DNA of 64,000 nucleotides. It comes from Spirochaetia bacterium (lineage in GTDB: Bacteria > Spirochaetota > Spirochaetia > SZUA-6 > Bin103). The notes beneath the pieces were generated by a model. It did not search any database. It was not told the DNA's origin and saw only the letters and a program-made list of their open reading frames with translations. This document shows, in pieces, positions 41,849 through 52,756 of this stretch. Every line of letters begins with the position of its first letter. The first letter of the stretch is position 1. A program made the translations under genes and the position numbers. The stretch covers positions 2,112,001 through 2,176,000 of the forward strand of contig CBDATQ010000001.1 of NCBI GenBank assembly GCA_965199955.1. The letters are read 5' to 3'.

Positions 41849-43180
41849 ATGGGCTCGGCGCAACGCGGCCCGGCATCGGGGCTGCAGGCAGGCATCGGCG
41901 CTACGGACATCACTCCCACCGGGCCGATCCGCATGGCCGGCTGGGCCAGTCGCGATCGTGCCTCGGAGGGGGTGAGCCATCCGATCTACGCCAAGGCGTT
42001 GGCGCTGCGCGACGCCGCCGGCCACACCGGCGTCTGGATCACGGCGGACATCCTGGGCTACAGCCGTACCATGGCGGACACGCTGGAGCGGCGGTTTCAG
42101 GAACGCTACGGCCTGTCTCAGGACCAGGTCATCCTGGGCAGCTCGCACAACCACAGCGGGCCGATGGTCGGCGACCTGCTGCACCTGTACTTCGACCTGC
42201 AGCCGGAGGAGGAGGCGACCGTCGCGCGTTACACCGAGCAGCTCCTGGAGCGCATCGTCGGCGTGGTCGGCCAAGCACTGGCGGCCCTGGCGCCGGCCGA
42301 GCTCAGCATGGGCTTCGGGCTCGCCGGATTCGGGGTCAACCGCCGCCGCGCCCGCGGCGCCGACACGCTGCATCGCCCGCAGGCAGTCGACCACGACGTC
42401 CCCGTGCTGGCGGTGCGGGGGCCGGACGGTGCGCTGCGCGGCATCGTGTTCGGTTACGCCTGCCACACCACGGCCGTGTACGACTACCGGATCAACGGCG
42501 ACTACGCCGGCTACGCGCAGAGCTCCCTGGAAGCCGCCTGTCCGGGCGCCACGGCGATGTTCGCGGCCGGGTGCGGCGGCGACATCAATCCGCTGCCGCG
42601 CTGGCGGGAGGGGCTGGGGGCGGGCTGCGGCGCAATTCTGAGCGCCGCGGTGCAGGACGTGCTGGAGGGCCGATACGGCGCCATGACGCCCGTCACCGGT
42701 CCGCTTGCCACCGGCGCTGACGACCCACTGCTGTCGCTGCAGGATCCTCCGGGCCGCCAAGCCTTGCAGGATTCGTTGCAGGCCTTGGGGCCGGACGGAT
42801 CGGATGTGGAGCGGCGCGCCATCCGGCATCAACTCGGCCTGCTGGAGCGGGACGGGTCGTTGCGGGATCACTGCCCGTATCCCATCCGTGCCTGGCGATT
42901 CGGCTCAGGACAACTCGTGATCGCCCTGGCCGGCGAGCCGGTGGTGGACTATTCGCTGCGCTTCCGTGCCGCGTACGACTGGAACCGCACTTGGGTGGCC
43001 GGCTACAACCACGTATTGCTCGCCTACATCCCGTCGGGGCGGGTCCTGGCCGAGGGCGACTACGAGGGCACGACCGGCATGCTGGAGTACGGCCTGCCGG
43101 GACCCTTCGCGGGGTGGGTGGAATCGGCCATCGCCCGCTCGGTGGACCTGCTGGTGACGCGATTGTCCACCGAAACGTAA
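41849..43180 (+). CDS. Neutral/alkaline ceramidase N-terminal domain-like protein
   Basis: DITP, MAGWASR, AKALAL, SHNHSGP, YACHTT, GCGGDINP, GEPVVDY, YIPS. Confidence 0.8.
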   Translation: MGSAQRGPASGLQAGIGATDITPTGPIRMAGWASRDRASEGVSHPIYAKALALRDAAGHTGVWITADILGYSRTMADTLERRFQERYGLSQDQVILGSSHNHSGPMVGDLLHLYFDLQPEEEATVARYTEQLLERIVGVVGQALAALAPAELSMGFGLAGFGVNRRRARGADTLHRPQAVDHDVPVLAVRGPDGALRGIVFGYACHTTAVYDYRINGDYAGYAQSSLEAACPGATAMFAAGCGGDINPLPRWREGLGAGCGAILSAAVQDVLEGRYGAMTPVTGPLATGADDPLLSLQDPPGRQALQDSLQALGPDGSDVERRAIRHQLGLLERDGSLRDHCPYPIRAWRFGSGQLVIALAGEPVVDYSLRFRAAYDWNRTWVAGYNHVLLAYIPSGRVLAEGDYEGTTGMLEYGLPGPFAGWVESAIARSVDLLVTRLSTET

Positions 43181-43194
43181 GAGACGGTAACGGC

Positions 43195-44085
43195 ATGCGC
43201 GTCCACCTGGAGCGGGTCGTGGTGGTCACGGCCACCCCGCACACGACCTGGACGTTCGCGGTGCTGGGCGACGGCGAAGGCACCGCCACTACGGTCGAAC
43301 CCACCCTGTCCAGCGATCCGTGCAAGGTGATCGACGCCTTGGCCGGCATGGTCGAGGCGCTACGCGGCGTCGATGTGACCGGTGAAGCACGGATCGACGG
43401 ACTGTTGCAACTCACGAGGCAACGGCTCCGGAACGATTCAGTGCTTGCCGCCGGCGCGAGCCTGCACCGCTTCCTCGGCGCGGGGCACACCGACGCCATA
43501 GAACTCTACGCCAACATCAACCGGGGGTTGCGGGCCACGGACCGGACACCCGACGACTTCGAGCGTGCTGCCGGGCACGCCGCGCGAGAAGGCTTCCGCA
43601 CGCTCAAGTGCGCGCCGTTTGACGAGGGTTCCCTGGCGTCGCCCGTGAACCGAATGCTCCGTGAGGCCCTTCCCGGCCTGGCAAGAGTGCGGGCGGTACG
43701 CCGCGCGATCGGCGCCGACGCGCGCCTGCTGGTCGATTGTCACAGCCGCTTCTCGGCGGAGGCGGCGCCCGCCGTCGCGCGCGAGCTCGCGACGCTCGAC
43801 GTGGCTGGTTCGAGGAGCCGGTGCAACCGACATCGGCGTCCGCCGACTTGGCCGCGATCGGGCCGGTCGGCGGTCGGGCGGGGCGGGGGAGTGTCCCTGC
43901 ACAGCCCGTCGGGACCGGTGTCGCTGCTGGCCAGCGCTCACGTCACGGCCGCCGTGGACGGTGCCATGCCGCTGGAGCACGCTGTCCACGAGGTCGGCTG
44001 GCGCGCCGATCTGATCGAGCCGGCCGAGCGGATCGAAGGAGGCCGGCTGTTGCTCCCGTCCACGGCCGCATCTGGAATGCCCTGA
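43195..44085 (+). pseudogene. Decayed enolase-superfamily (mandelate racemase-like) gene
   Basis: LYANINR, LKCAPFD, LLVDCH, WFEEP and LHSPSGPV in different frames; N-terminal DIALWD and GE segments deleted. Confidence 0.75.
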
Positions 44086-44100
44086 GCGGGTCTTCCCGCC

Positions 44101-45432
44101 CTATCGCCGCTCTTCCGGGATCAGGCCGCGCGGAGCGAACCGCAGCACGAGCAGCAGGACCAGGCCCATGACGACCGGGCGCATGTGGGCAGCGCTGTCC
44201 AGGAGATGGGCCCGCAGCGCGCTCTCCTCTGACAGGGCGGAGGTGGCCAGCTCCATGAGGCGCAGGCCGACCGGCTCGGCCTGGATCCACACGTACCAGA
44301 TCAGGAAGCCGCCGAGCACTGCGCCCCAGTTGTTGCCCGAGCCTCCCACGATCACCATCACCCAGATCAGGAACGTGAAGCGCATCGGCTGGTAGGAGGC
44401 GGGCGTGAACTGGCCGTCGAGCGTGGTCAGCATGGCGCCGGCGATGCCGATCACGGCCGAGCCCAGCACGAAGACCTGCAGGTGGCGGGCGGTGACGTCC
44501 TTGCCCATGGCGCGGGCGGCCGTCTCGTTGTCGCGGATGGCGCGCATCATCCGGCCCCACGGTGAGCGCAGCGCGGTCTCGGAGAGCCACGTCAGTACGA
44601 CCAGGACGAGGAGGAACAGGCCCGCGTAGCACAGCTTGACGACGATCGACGACAGCTCCACGTGCGACATGCCGAGCGTCGATGCCCACTCCTGGAACCA
44701 CGCCGCGTTCTGCAGATCGATCTCGTAGGGGACCGGCCGCGGCAGGCCGTTGACGTTCTTCACGCCGCGCGTCAGCCACTCCTCGTACTTGAGGAAGGCG
44801 ACGATGATCTCCGAGATGCCCAGGGTGGCGATCGCCAGGTAGTCGGAGCGCAGGCTGAGGCTGATCTTGCAGACCCAGGCCGCCCCCGCGGCGAACGCAC
44901 CGCCCACCAGCCAGGACAGGACGATGGGAAGGCCGAGCCCGCCCAGGTAGCCGGTGACGGTGGGCTCCATCGCTTCGATGGCCTCCACCGCCGGCGCGAA
45001 CACCGCGCGGGCCGCCAGGCCGCCGCCGATCAGCAGGCACGCCACCGCCAGCCGCCGGTACAGCGGCGTGCCGAGACGGCGGCGGACAAACAGCACGGCG
45101 ATCACGGTGAGGGCCGCCAGCCCCAGCGCCACCAGCACGCCGGCACCACCGGCGCGCCAGGCGGCGGTCACCGGCGGCATAGACACCAGCACGCCGGCCA
45201 GTCCGCCGAGGGCGGCGAAGCCCATCACGCCGGAGTTGAACAGTCCCGCGTACCCCCACTGGATGTTGACGCCGAGCGTCATGATCGCCGAGATCAGGCA
45301 CAGGTTGAGGATCGCCAGCGCCAGCGGCCAGCTCTGCACCAGCCCCACCAGGCAGACCAGGGCCGCCATGACCGCGAACAGGACGGGCTTGCGGGGGATT
45401 CGCGCCATCCACGGGCCGGCTCGGTCGCTCAC
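44101..45432 (-). CDS. livM: Branched-chain amino acid ABC permease (LivM-like)
   Basis: LGVNIQWGYAGLFN, LRSDYLAIATLG, RAIRDNETAA, GGSGNNWG; GTGA overlap with livH. Confidence 0.88.
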   Translation of the reverse strand: MSDRAGPWMARIPRKPVLFAVMAALVCLVGLVQSWPLALAILNLCLISAIMTLGVNIQWGYAGLFNSGVMGFAALGGLAGVLVSMPPVTAAWRAGGAGVLVALGLAALTVIAVLFVRRRLGTPLYRRLAVACLLIGGGLAARAVFAPAVEAIEAMEPTVTGYLGGLGLPIVLSWLVGGAFAAGAAWVCKISLSLRSDYLAIATLGISEIIVAFLKYEEWLTRGVKNVNGLPRPVPYEIDLQNAAWFQEWASTLGMSHVELSSIVVKLCYAGLFLLVLVVLTWLSETALRSPWGRMMRAIRDNETAARAMGKDVTARHLQVFVLGSAVIGIAGAMLTTLDGQFTPASYQPMRFTFLIWVMVIVGGSGNNWGAVLGGFLIWYVWIQAEPVGLRLMELATSALSEESALRAHLLDSAAHMRPVVMGLVLLLVLRFAPRGLIPEERR

Positions 45433-46439
45433 GTCGACTTGCCTCCGAAGATGCCCGTGGGCTTCACGACCAGCACCATGACCAGGATGAAGAACGAGAC
45501 GGCGAACTTGTAGTCGGTGGAGATCAGCTGGACCAGGCCGTCCGGCCGCCAGTCTTCCGGTCCCAGATAGGTCAGGAACTTCCGGTACGGGTAGGTCAGA
45601 AGCACCTCCGAGAACGCCACCACGAAGCCGCCGGTGATGGCGCCGAGCGGGCTGCCCAGGCCGCCGACGATCGCGGCGGCGAAGATCGGCAGCAGCAGCG
45701 ACAGGTAGACGAACGGCTTGAAGCTCTTGTCCAGGCCGTACAGCGTACCCGCCACGGCCGCCAGCGCGCCGACGATGATCCAGGTGACCGCCACCACCCG
45801 TTCCGGGTTGATGCCCGACAGCAGTGCCAGGTCCTCGTTGTCCGAGTAGGCGCGCATCGACTTGCCGGTCCGCGTCCTGAGAAACCAGAACAGCCAGAGC
45901 ACCAGGATGACCGTCACCGCGACGGTGATCGTCTGCGTGGTCTTGATGGCCAGTCCCTCGTGGAGCCCCGTGGCCTCCTTGAACTGGCGGACGCTGACGA
46001 TGAACCGCGTGCCGTCGGTGAACACCTGGTCGTCCGGGCCGATCAGGAAGCGGATGAGCCCGTTGATCACGAACATGACGCCGACGCTGGCGACCAGCAG
46101 AATCACGGGCGCCGCCTTCTTGCGCCGGTAGAAGCGGTAGACCCAGCGATCCGTGAGCAGGCACAGGCCGGCGGCGGCCACGATCCCGGCGGGTAGGGCC
46201 AGCAACGCCGTCGGCAGGGGACCCAGGCCGACCTCTCCGGACTGCAGGAGCCAGGTGACCAGGATGGCGACCATGGCGCCGAACGCCATGGTCTCGCCGT
46301 GCGCGAAGTTGGAGAAGCGCAGCACGCCGTACACCAGCGTGACCCCGAGCGCGCCGAGCGCGAGCTGGCAGCCGTAGGCCGTGGCCGGCACGAGCACGAA
46401 GTTGGCCAGGAGCACGACCGCGTTGACGAGGTCCGTCAC
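45429..46439 (-). CDS. livH: Branched-chain amino acid ABC permease (LivH-like)
   Basis: GVTLVYGVLRFSNFAHGE, TGKSMRA, GGLGSP, VKPTGIFG. Confidence 0.9.
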   Translation of the reverse strand: MTDLVNAVVLLANFVLVPATAYGCQLALGALGVTLVYGVLRFSNFAHGETMAFGAMVAILVTWLLQSGEVGLGPLPTALLALPAGIVAAAGLCLLTDRWVYRFYRRKKAAPVILLVASVGVMFVINGLIRFLIGPDDQVFTDGTRFIVSVRQFKEATGLHEGLAIKTTQTITVAVTVILVLWLFWFLRTRTGKSMRAYSDNEDLALLSGINPERVVAVTWIIVGALAAVAGTLYGLDKSFKPFVYLSLLLPIFAAAIVGGLGSPLGAITGGFVVAFSEVLLTYPYRKFLTYLGPEDWRPDGLVQLISTDYKFAVSFFILVMVLVVKPTGIFGGKST

Positions 46440-46442
46440 CGG

Positions 46443-47147
46443 TCAGCCTCCCAGGAAGGAGCGGCGGATCTCCGGGTTCGCCAGCAGCTCCGACCCCGCG
46501 CCGGTGTGGCGGTTGCGGCCCTGCACCAGCACGAATCCCGTGTCGGCCAGCTCCAGGGCCGCTCGGGCGTTCTGCTCGACGATGAGGACGGCGACGCCGC
46601 CTTCTGCGATGTCGACGATGCGCTCGAACAGCTCCTGAGTGACGATCGGCGACACGCCGGCCGTGGGCTCGTCCAGCATCAGCACGCGCGGCCGGTTCAT
46701 CAGCGCGCGGCCGATGGCCACCTGCTGGCGCTGGCCGCCGGACAGCTCACCCGCCGCCTGCCGCCGCTTCTCCCGCAGCACCGGAAACAGGTGATAGACC
46801 TCGTCCATGGTGCCGGCGATGTCGTCATCGCGGATGAACGCCCCCATCTCCAGGTTCTCCTGCACGGTCATCGACCGGAACACGTTCTCGGTCTGCGGCA
46901 CGAAGCCCATGCCCTTGCGCGCCCGCGCCTGCGGCGCCAGCGCGGTGATGTCCTCACCGTCCAGGCGCACGGTGCCGGCGCGCAGGTTCAGCAGGCCGAA
47001 CAGCGCCTTCATGGCCGTCGACTTGCCTGCCCCGTTGGGTCCTACCACGACGGCGATCTCGCCCGCGTCCACGGCGACGGAGCAGCCGCGCAGGATGTCG
47101 GGGCCGCCGTAGCCCCCCGTCAGCGCCTCGCCCGTCAACAGGCTCAT
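46443..47147 (-). CDS. livF: ABC ATP-binding protein LivF-like
   Basis: GPNGAGKST, LSGGQ, LDEPTAG, VEQNA. Confidence 0.92.
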   Translation of the reverse strand: MSLLTGEALTGGYGGPDILRGCSVAVDAGEIAVVVGPNGAGKSTAMKALFGLLNLRAGTVRLDGEDITALAPQARARKGMGFVPQTENVFRSMTVQENLEMGAFIRDDDIAGTMDEVYHLFPVLREKRRQAAGELSGGQRQQVAIGRALMNRPRVLMLDEPTAGVSPIVTQELFERIVDIAEGGVAVLIVEQNARAALELADTGFVLVQGRNRHTGAGSELLANPEIRRSFLGG

Positions 47148-47154
47148 GCCCGAC

Positions 47155-47949
<795 letters not shown>

Positions 47950-47960
47950 CCCGGCGGGCT

Positions 47961-47996
47961 CATGAGCGGGAACGGCTCCGCCGTCTCCCGCTCATG
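47961..47996 (-). terminator. Strong stem-loop between the SBP gene and livG
   Basis: CATGAGCGGGA-ACGGC-TCC-GCCGT-C-TCCCGCTCATG. Confidence 0.65.
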
Positions 47997-48006
47997 GCTC
48001 TGGTGA

Positions 48007-49179
48007 TCAGCGGAAGCGGACGATTACGAGCTCGCCGTCCTCGACCGCCATCTGCTGGTAGTTGCCGGCGCTCTCGCCCGCTCCGACCAGCTCGACCGCC
48101 GACGCGCCGACGTAGTCGATCTCGCCGCCGGCCTCGAGGATGCCGAGCGCCTTCGCGAGCTCGCCGGGAAAGATCTCCTCGCCGGGCGCGTTGGCGACCG
48201 CCATGACGTGGTCCTTGAAATCGCCGCTGTCGGTCGAGCCCGCCGCCTGCATGGCCAGCAGGATCAGGGCGGCCGCGTCGTATGACTCCTTCACGAACGG
48301 CTGACTGGCCGATTCGAGCATGTCGCCGAGCTTCGCGGCCCCGGGGCTGTCAGTGCCGGGCACCGTCCCGATCGAACCGTTCAGGTCGTCGCCGATCGCC
48401 TCCACCAAGCTGTCGCCGATCATGCCGTCGGGAAGGAAGAACCGGTCGAACGCGCCCGTGTCAAGCGAGGCCTGGATGATGCCCTTGCCGCCCTGATCGA
48501 TGTATCCGGCAACGACCAGGATGTCGCCGCCGGCCGCCGCCAGCGCGGCCACCTCGGCGACGTAGTCGCCCTTGCCGTCCTCGTGCGGCGCGTTGATGGT
48601 GATCGTCCCGCCCCGCTCCTCGAAGTTGGCGGCGATGCTGTCGGCCAGTCCCTTTCCATAGTCGTTGTTGGTGTAGGTCATCGCCGCTTCCTGGATGTCC
48701 ATCTCCTGCAGGATGTCGGCGACCACCTCGCCTTGCCGGGCATCGGAGGGCGCCGTCCGGAAGAAGAGTCCGTCGTCTTCGATCGTCGACAGTGCCGGAG
48801 AGGTAGCCGACGGAGAGATCATCACGATGCCGTTCGGTTTCGCCACCTGTTGGAGCATGGCGATGGTCACGCCCGAGCAGTCGCCGCCGACGATGGCGTT
48901 GACCTGGTCCGCGGTCACCAGCCGCTCGGCCGCCGCGACCGCGGCAGCGGAATCGATGCAGGTCGAATCGCCCCGTACGGAGACGACCTGCAGCCCCCCA
49001 AGCAGTGCGCCGCTGTCGCTGACCTCTTGCATGGCCAGCTCCGCACCATCTGCCATGGACGGCGTCAGCGACTCGATCGGCCCCGTGTAGCCGAGGATCA
49101 CTCCCAGCTTGACGTCCTCTGCGAACGCTGCGCCGAGCGGCAGCAGCATCAGCAACAATCCTGAAAAAACACGTCTCAT
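48007..49179 (-). CDS. ABC substrate-binding protein (LivK/LivJ-like)
   Basis: GGAGG RBS, signal peptide, GYTGPIES, SPSATSP, FFRTAPSDA, NNDYGKG, YDAAALI. Confidence 0.92.
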   Translation of the reverse strand: MRRVFSGLLLMLLPLGAAFAEDVKLGVILGYTGPIESLTPSMADGAELAMQEVSDSGALLGGLQVVSVRGDSTCIDSAAAVAAAERLVTADQVNAIVGGDCSGVTIAMLQQVAKPNGIVMISPSATSPALSTIEDDGLFFRTAPSDARQGEVVADILQEMDIQEAAMTYTNNDYGKGLADSIAANFEERGGTITINAPHEDGKGDYVAEVAALAAAGGDILVVAGYIDQGGKGIIQASLDTGAFDRFFLPDGMIGDSLVEAIGDDLNGSIGTVPGTDSPGAAKLGDMLESASQPFVKESYDAAALILLAMQAAGSTDSGDFKDHVMAVANAPGEEIFPGELAKALGILEAGGEIDYVGASAVELVGAGESAGNYQQMAVEDGELVIVRFR

Positions 49180-49316
49180 CGAATCACCTCCAAACAAAGC
49201 TGGTGCGAGGGCGGCGTCCACAACTCTTCGGAGGCGAGTATAACACGGGTTCTGGTGCGTCACAACAGGCAGCATGCCTCGCCGGGGGAGGCCGTCCGAC
49301 ACGCTCCCGGCTCGCT

Positions 49317-50105
49317 TCAGTAGCCCAGCCCGCGCAGGTAGTCGCGCGTTTTGCGGCTGCGCCGAGCCTCGGTCAGCGGATCGTCGCCTCTCCGCGGGCA
49401 GGCCGTGACCCAGCGGGGAAAGGCCAACTCGGCCAGCACCGCCAGCACCGCCGGAAAGTCGACCGCCTCCGCCTCTCCCACGTCGCACCACACCGGCTGG
49501 TAGGTGCCGTCCGCATCGCGCGAGCTGGCGCGGTAGTCCTGCAGGTGGACGTAGTTCAGCCGCGGCGCGAACTCCCGGATCGACGCGACCGGATCGACGC
49601 CCCAGAGCTGCGCATGGGAGACGTCGATGCAGAGCTGCGCCCGCTGCAGCATGCTCAGGTAGCGACGCCAGTCGGCCGCGGAGTCCACCAGGGTGTTGGT
49701 GTGGATGTGGTAGCTCAGCTCCACGCCGCACGCTGCCCCATATTCCGCCCACTCGTCGGCCGCCTCGGCCGCGGCCTGCAGGTCGGCGCCGGTCACCGCC
49801 CGGCCGGACGGCTTGCCGCCGGTCATGAACATGAAGCAGTCGGCCTCCACTTCGGCGGCGAACTCCATGCGCCGCCGGTTCAGCTCGCGGTTGCTGAAGC
49901 TCCGGTCCTCGGGGACGCCGCTGGCGGTGAACACGGCAAGCGGCACCCCGGCGTCCGCGCACACGCGCCGCACCCGGGCCGGCGGTCCCAGCCAGTCGAG
50001 CGGCAGCCGGCACTCCCAGCCTTCCCAGCCAGCCTCCGCCAATTCCGCCAGGCAGCGGTCCAGGTCCGGCTCCTGCCAGAATATGGCGCTGTAGCCCAGC
50101 TTCAC
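49317..50105 (-). CDS. Sugar phosphate isomerase/epimerase (AP endonuclease 2 TIM barrel)
   Basis: SYHIH, CIDVSH, YVHLQD, VGEAEAVDF. Confidence 0.8.
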   Translation of the reverse strand: MKLGYSAIFWQEPDLDRCLAELAEAGWEGWECRLPLDWLGPPARVRRVCADAGVPLAVFTASGVPEDRSFSNRELNRRRMEFAAEVEADCFMFMTGGKPSGRAVTGADLQAAAEAADEWAEYGAACGVELSYHIHTNTLVDSAADWRRYLSMLQRAQLCIDVSHAQLWGVDPVASIREFAPRLNYVHLQDYRASSRDADGTYQPVWCDVGEAEAVDFPAVLAVLAELAFPRWVTACPRRGDDPLTEARRSRKTRDYLRGLGY

Positions 50106-51892
50106 GACTCTGTCCCGGATCCGGTCGGCCGTAGCACGGCGCCGAACACGGTGACGCCGTCCAGGGTACCGGGGATGATGCGAATCGCGCGCAGCGTGAA
50201 GGTGTGGACGCCGGGTGCGTCGATCGTCAGATGGCCGATCGGCGTCCTGAACTCCGGGAAGTACTGCGAGCGCGGCGTGGCGGCGCGCTCAGTATCGCTC
50301 AGGGTCCCCGGGGCGTTCCGCCCTGCCGTGCGGCCCTCGCCGTGGCTGCCGCCGACCGACACCTCGACGCCGTGCGGGGGCACCTCCTCCGTGTCGTGAA
50401 TGGGCGCCGCGATGACCGACACCGCGAAGGTCCCCGGACGACAGACGCGGACCTGCCACGACAGGACGCTTTCGGTATCCATCCAGCCGGCGGTGAGGCC
50501 GTTGGAGAGGATCTCGAGCGTGGAGTCCGGACCAAGGCTGACGTCGGCCAGGTGGGCGTGCAGGTGGATGTCGCCATCCGGCTGCTGGACGGTCAGCGCG
50601 TCCGCCTTCGCATGGCCGTCGATAGTCAGGGCGACCACCGGCACGTGCTCGGCGGCGCTCAGGTCGGGGAGGGTAAGCGTCAGCCGGTCGACCTCGCCTG
50701 CCTCGGTGCGGTCCTGCGCGACCTCCACCGGCGCATCCAGCCCCAGCACCTCCGCGCCGGTCACGCCGGAGCGCAACCCGTGCACGACCAGCGGAGCCTC
50801 GGGAGGCTGCAGCAGGTGCAGAAACAGCCGGCCGGGCTTGCAGGTCATCCGCAGGCCGTCGTGCTCATACGGGAACGGGCTGCCGGCGGTGCCGTAGATC
50901 GCCTGGCCGTTGACGGCCATCCAGCCGCCGATCTCACGGAGCCGCTCGGCGCTGGGCTCCGGAATCAATCCCTCCGCGGTGGGTCCGACGTTGAGCAGGT
51001 AGTTCACGCCCTTGCTGGCCAGGTCGATCAGCAGCAGGATCAGCGTCGACGCCGATTTCCAGTGGTGGTCGGTGGTCTTGTAGCCCCACGTGTCGTTGAG
51101 GGTGGCCGGCGTCTCGTAGTCGGCGCGCACGCGACCGGCCGGGATCTGGTTGTCGCCCAAGCTGCCGTAGTCGCCCACGTCGTTGCCGATGCGGCCGGAG
51201 ACCAGGCAGTCGGGCTGCAGGCCGTGCACGAGGTCGCGCAGCTCGATCGAGTGCTCGCGGCTGATGGTGTAGGGGGTGTCGAACCAGATCAGCCCGATCG
51301 GCCCGTACTGGGTCAACAGCTCGCGGAGCTGCGGCTTGACCTTGCGCTCCAGGTAGGCACCGAAGTCCTTGCCGCCTTCGTCGAAGTCCCAGTCGTTGCG
51401 CGACCCGTCCGGGTCGTGCCAGTCCTGGTCCTGCGAGTAGTAGAAACCGAGCTTGATGTCGGCCTCGGCACACGCCTCCGCCAGCTCTGCCAGCGGGTCG
51501 CGGCCGAACGGCGTTGCGTCGACGATGTTGTACGGGCAGCACGGCGAGCGGAAGATCGCGAACCCGTCGTGGTGCTTGGAGGTGATGACCAGGTAGCGCA
51601 TCCCGGCCCGCACCGCCAGCTCCACCCACGCGCGGGCGTCGAACCGCACCGGGTCGAATCGCTTGGCGAGCGCCGCGTACGTCTCCCGTGGGATGCGCCT
51701 GCGGAACATGATCCACTCGCCGATGCCCGGAACCTCCTCGCCCTCCCAGACGCCGGCCGGGATGGCGTACAGGCCCCAGTGGATGAACATCCCGAAGCGC
51801 GCCTCGCGCCACCAGGCCAGGCCGGGATGGTCCACCACCGGAGCCGCGTTGCGTCCGCGCATGCGGTCGCGCCAGCTCATCATCTCTGCCAT
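50102..51892 (-). CDS. Alpha-L-fucosidase (GH29) with C-terminal beta-sandwich
   Basis: WWREARFGMFIHWGLY, EWIM, TSKHHDGF, IWFD, NDTWGY, YLLNVGP. Confidence 0.93.
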   Translation of the reverse strand: MAEMMSWRDRMRGRNAAPVVDHPGLAWWREARFGMFIHWGLYAIPAGVWEGEEVPGIGEWIMFRRRIPRETYAALAKRFDPVRFDARAWVELAVRAGMRYLVITSKHHDGFAIFRSPCCPYNIVDATPFGRDPLAELAEACAEADIKLGFYYSQDQDWHDPDGSRNDWDFDEGGKDFGAYLERKVKPQLRELLTQYGPIGLIWFDTPYTISREHSIELRDLVHGLQPDCLVSGRIGNDVGDYGSLGDNQIPAGRVRADYETPATLNDTWGYKTTDHHWKSASTLILLLIDLASKGVNYLLNVGPTAEGLIPEPSAERLREIGGWMAVNGQAIYGTAGSPFPYEHDGLRMTCKPGRLFLHLLQPPEAPLVVHGLRSGVTGAEVLGLDAPVEVAQDRTEAGEVDRLTLTLPDLSAAEHVPVVALTIDGHAKADALTVQQPDGDIHLHAHLADVSLGPDSTLEILSNGLTAGWMDTESVLSWQVRVCRPGTFAVSVIAAPIHDTEEVPPHGVEVSVGGSHGEGRTAGRNAPGTLSDTERAATPRSQYFPEFRTPIGHLTIDAPGVHTFTLRAIRIIPGTLDGVTVFGAVLRPTGSGTES

Positions 51893-51952
51893 GAGTGGGT
51901 GATAGCTGCCCGGCGCCGCCGTTGCAAGCCACTCCGGCGAAAGCAGTGGATA

Positions 51953-52756
51953 ATGACCCCGAAGCTTGAGATTCCGGACCGCCTGGTGGTGTTCACCTTC
52001 GACGACGGCACGCGTTCCAACGGCGAATTCGTCGCCCCGCTGCTGGCGCGATACGGCTTCGGGGGGACATTTTACATCACCGAGGGGCTGGGGTTTGAGG
52101 ACAAGGACTACTACCTCACCTGGGAGGAGATCCGCGGGCTGCACGAACGCGGCTTCGAGATAGGAAACCACGCATGCGGCCACCGCGACGTGCGCACCCT
52201 CGAGCCCGAAGAGCTGCAGGCGGAGGTGGAGCACATCGACCGCCGCTGCGCGGCGTTCGGCATCCCGCGGCCGCAGACCTTCTGCTATCCCGGATACCAC
52301 ACCGCTGCCGAGGCGGTGACGGTGCTGGCCGGGCACGGCTTCGCCTGGGCGCGCTGCGGATGCGAGCCGACGCCGGCCGAGGCGTACGAGACCGGCGGCT
52401 GCGGTCCGGCATACGACCCGCGCTTCGACCACCCGCTGCTAGTGCCCACGACCGCCGCCTACGGACCCGCCACCGATCTGGACACTCTGACCTGGGCAGC
52501 GCGGCAGGCGCACGGCGGACGCGTCGCGGTGATCACCTTTCACGGCGTGCCGGACCTGCGCCATCCGTGGGTGTCCACCGAGCCGCAGACCTTCCGCGAC
52601 TACCTGAAGTGGCTGGCTGACGGCGGCTACACCGTGATCGCGCTGCGCGACTTGTCCCGCTACGTCAGCATCACCGATTTGCCCGCAGACCCCTACGCGG
52701 CGCAGAGCGAGCGGCAAGGCACCGGCTACGGTCCCGGCGTCAGCCCAGGGCGATGA
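51953..52756 (+). CDS. Polysaccharide deacetylase family protein (CE4)
   Basis: FTFDDG, EIGNHACGH, FCYPG, TFHGVP. Confidence 0.88.
   Translation: MTPKLEIPDRLVVFTFDDGTRSNGEFVAPLLARYGFGGTFYITEGLGFEDKDYYLTWEEIRGLHERGFEIGNHACGHRDVRTLEPEELQAEVEHIDRRCAAFGIPRPQTFCYPGYHTAAEAVTVLAGHGFAWARCGCEPTPAEAYETGGCGPAYDPRFDHPLLVPTTAAYGPATDLDTLTWAARQAHGGRVAVITFHGVPDLRHPWVSTEPQTFRDYLKWLADGGYTVIALRDLSRYVSITDLPADPYAAQSERQGTGYGPGVSPGR

Noticed and set aside
50204..52756. 850-aa plus-strand ORF and similar long shadow ORFs (e.g. 53796..56759, 27638..29878)
   Set aside because: Antisense or off-frame shadows of well-supported genes, Arg/Pro/Ala-rich or lacking motifs.
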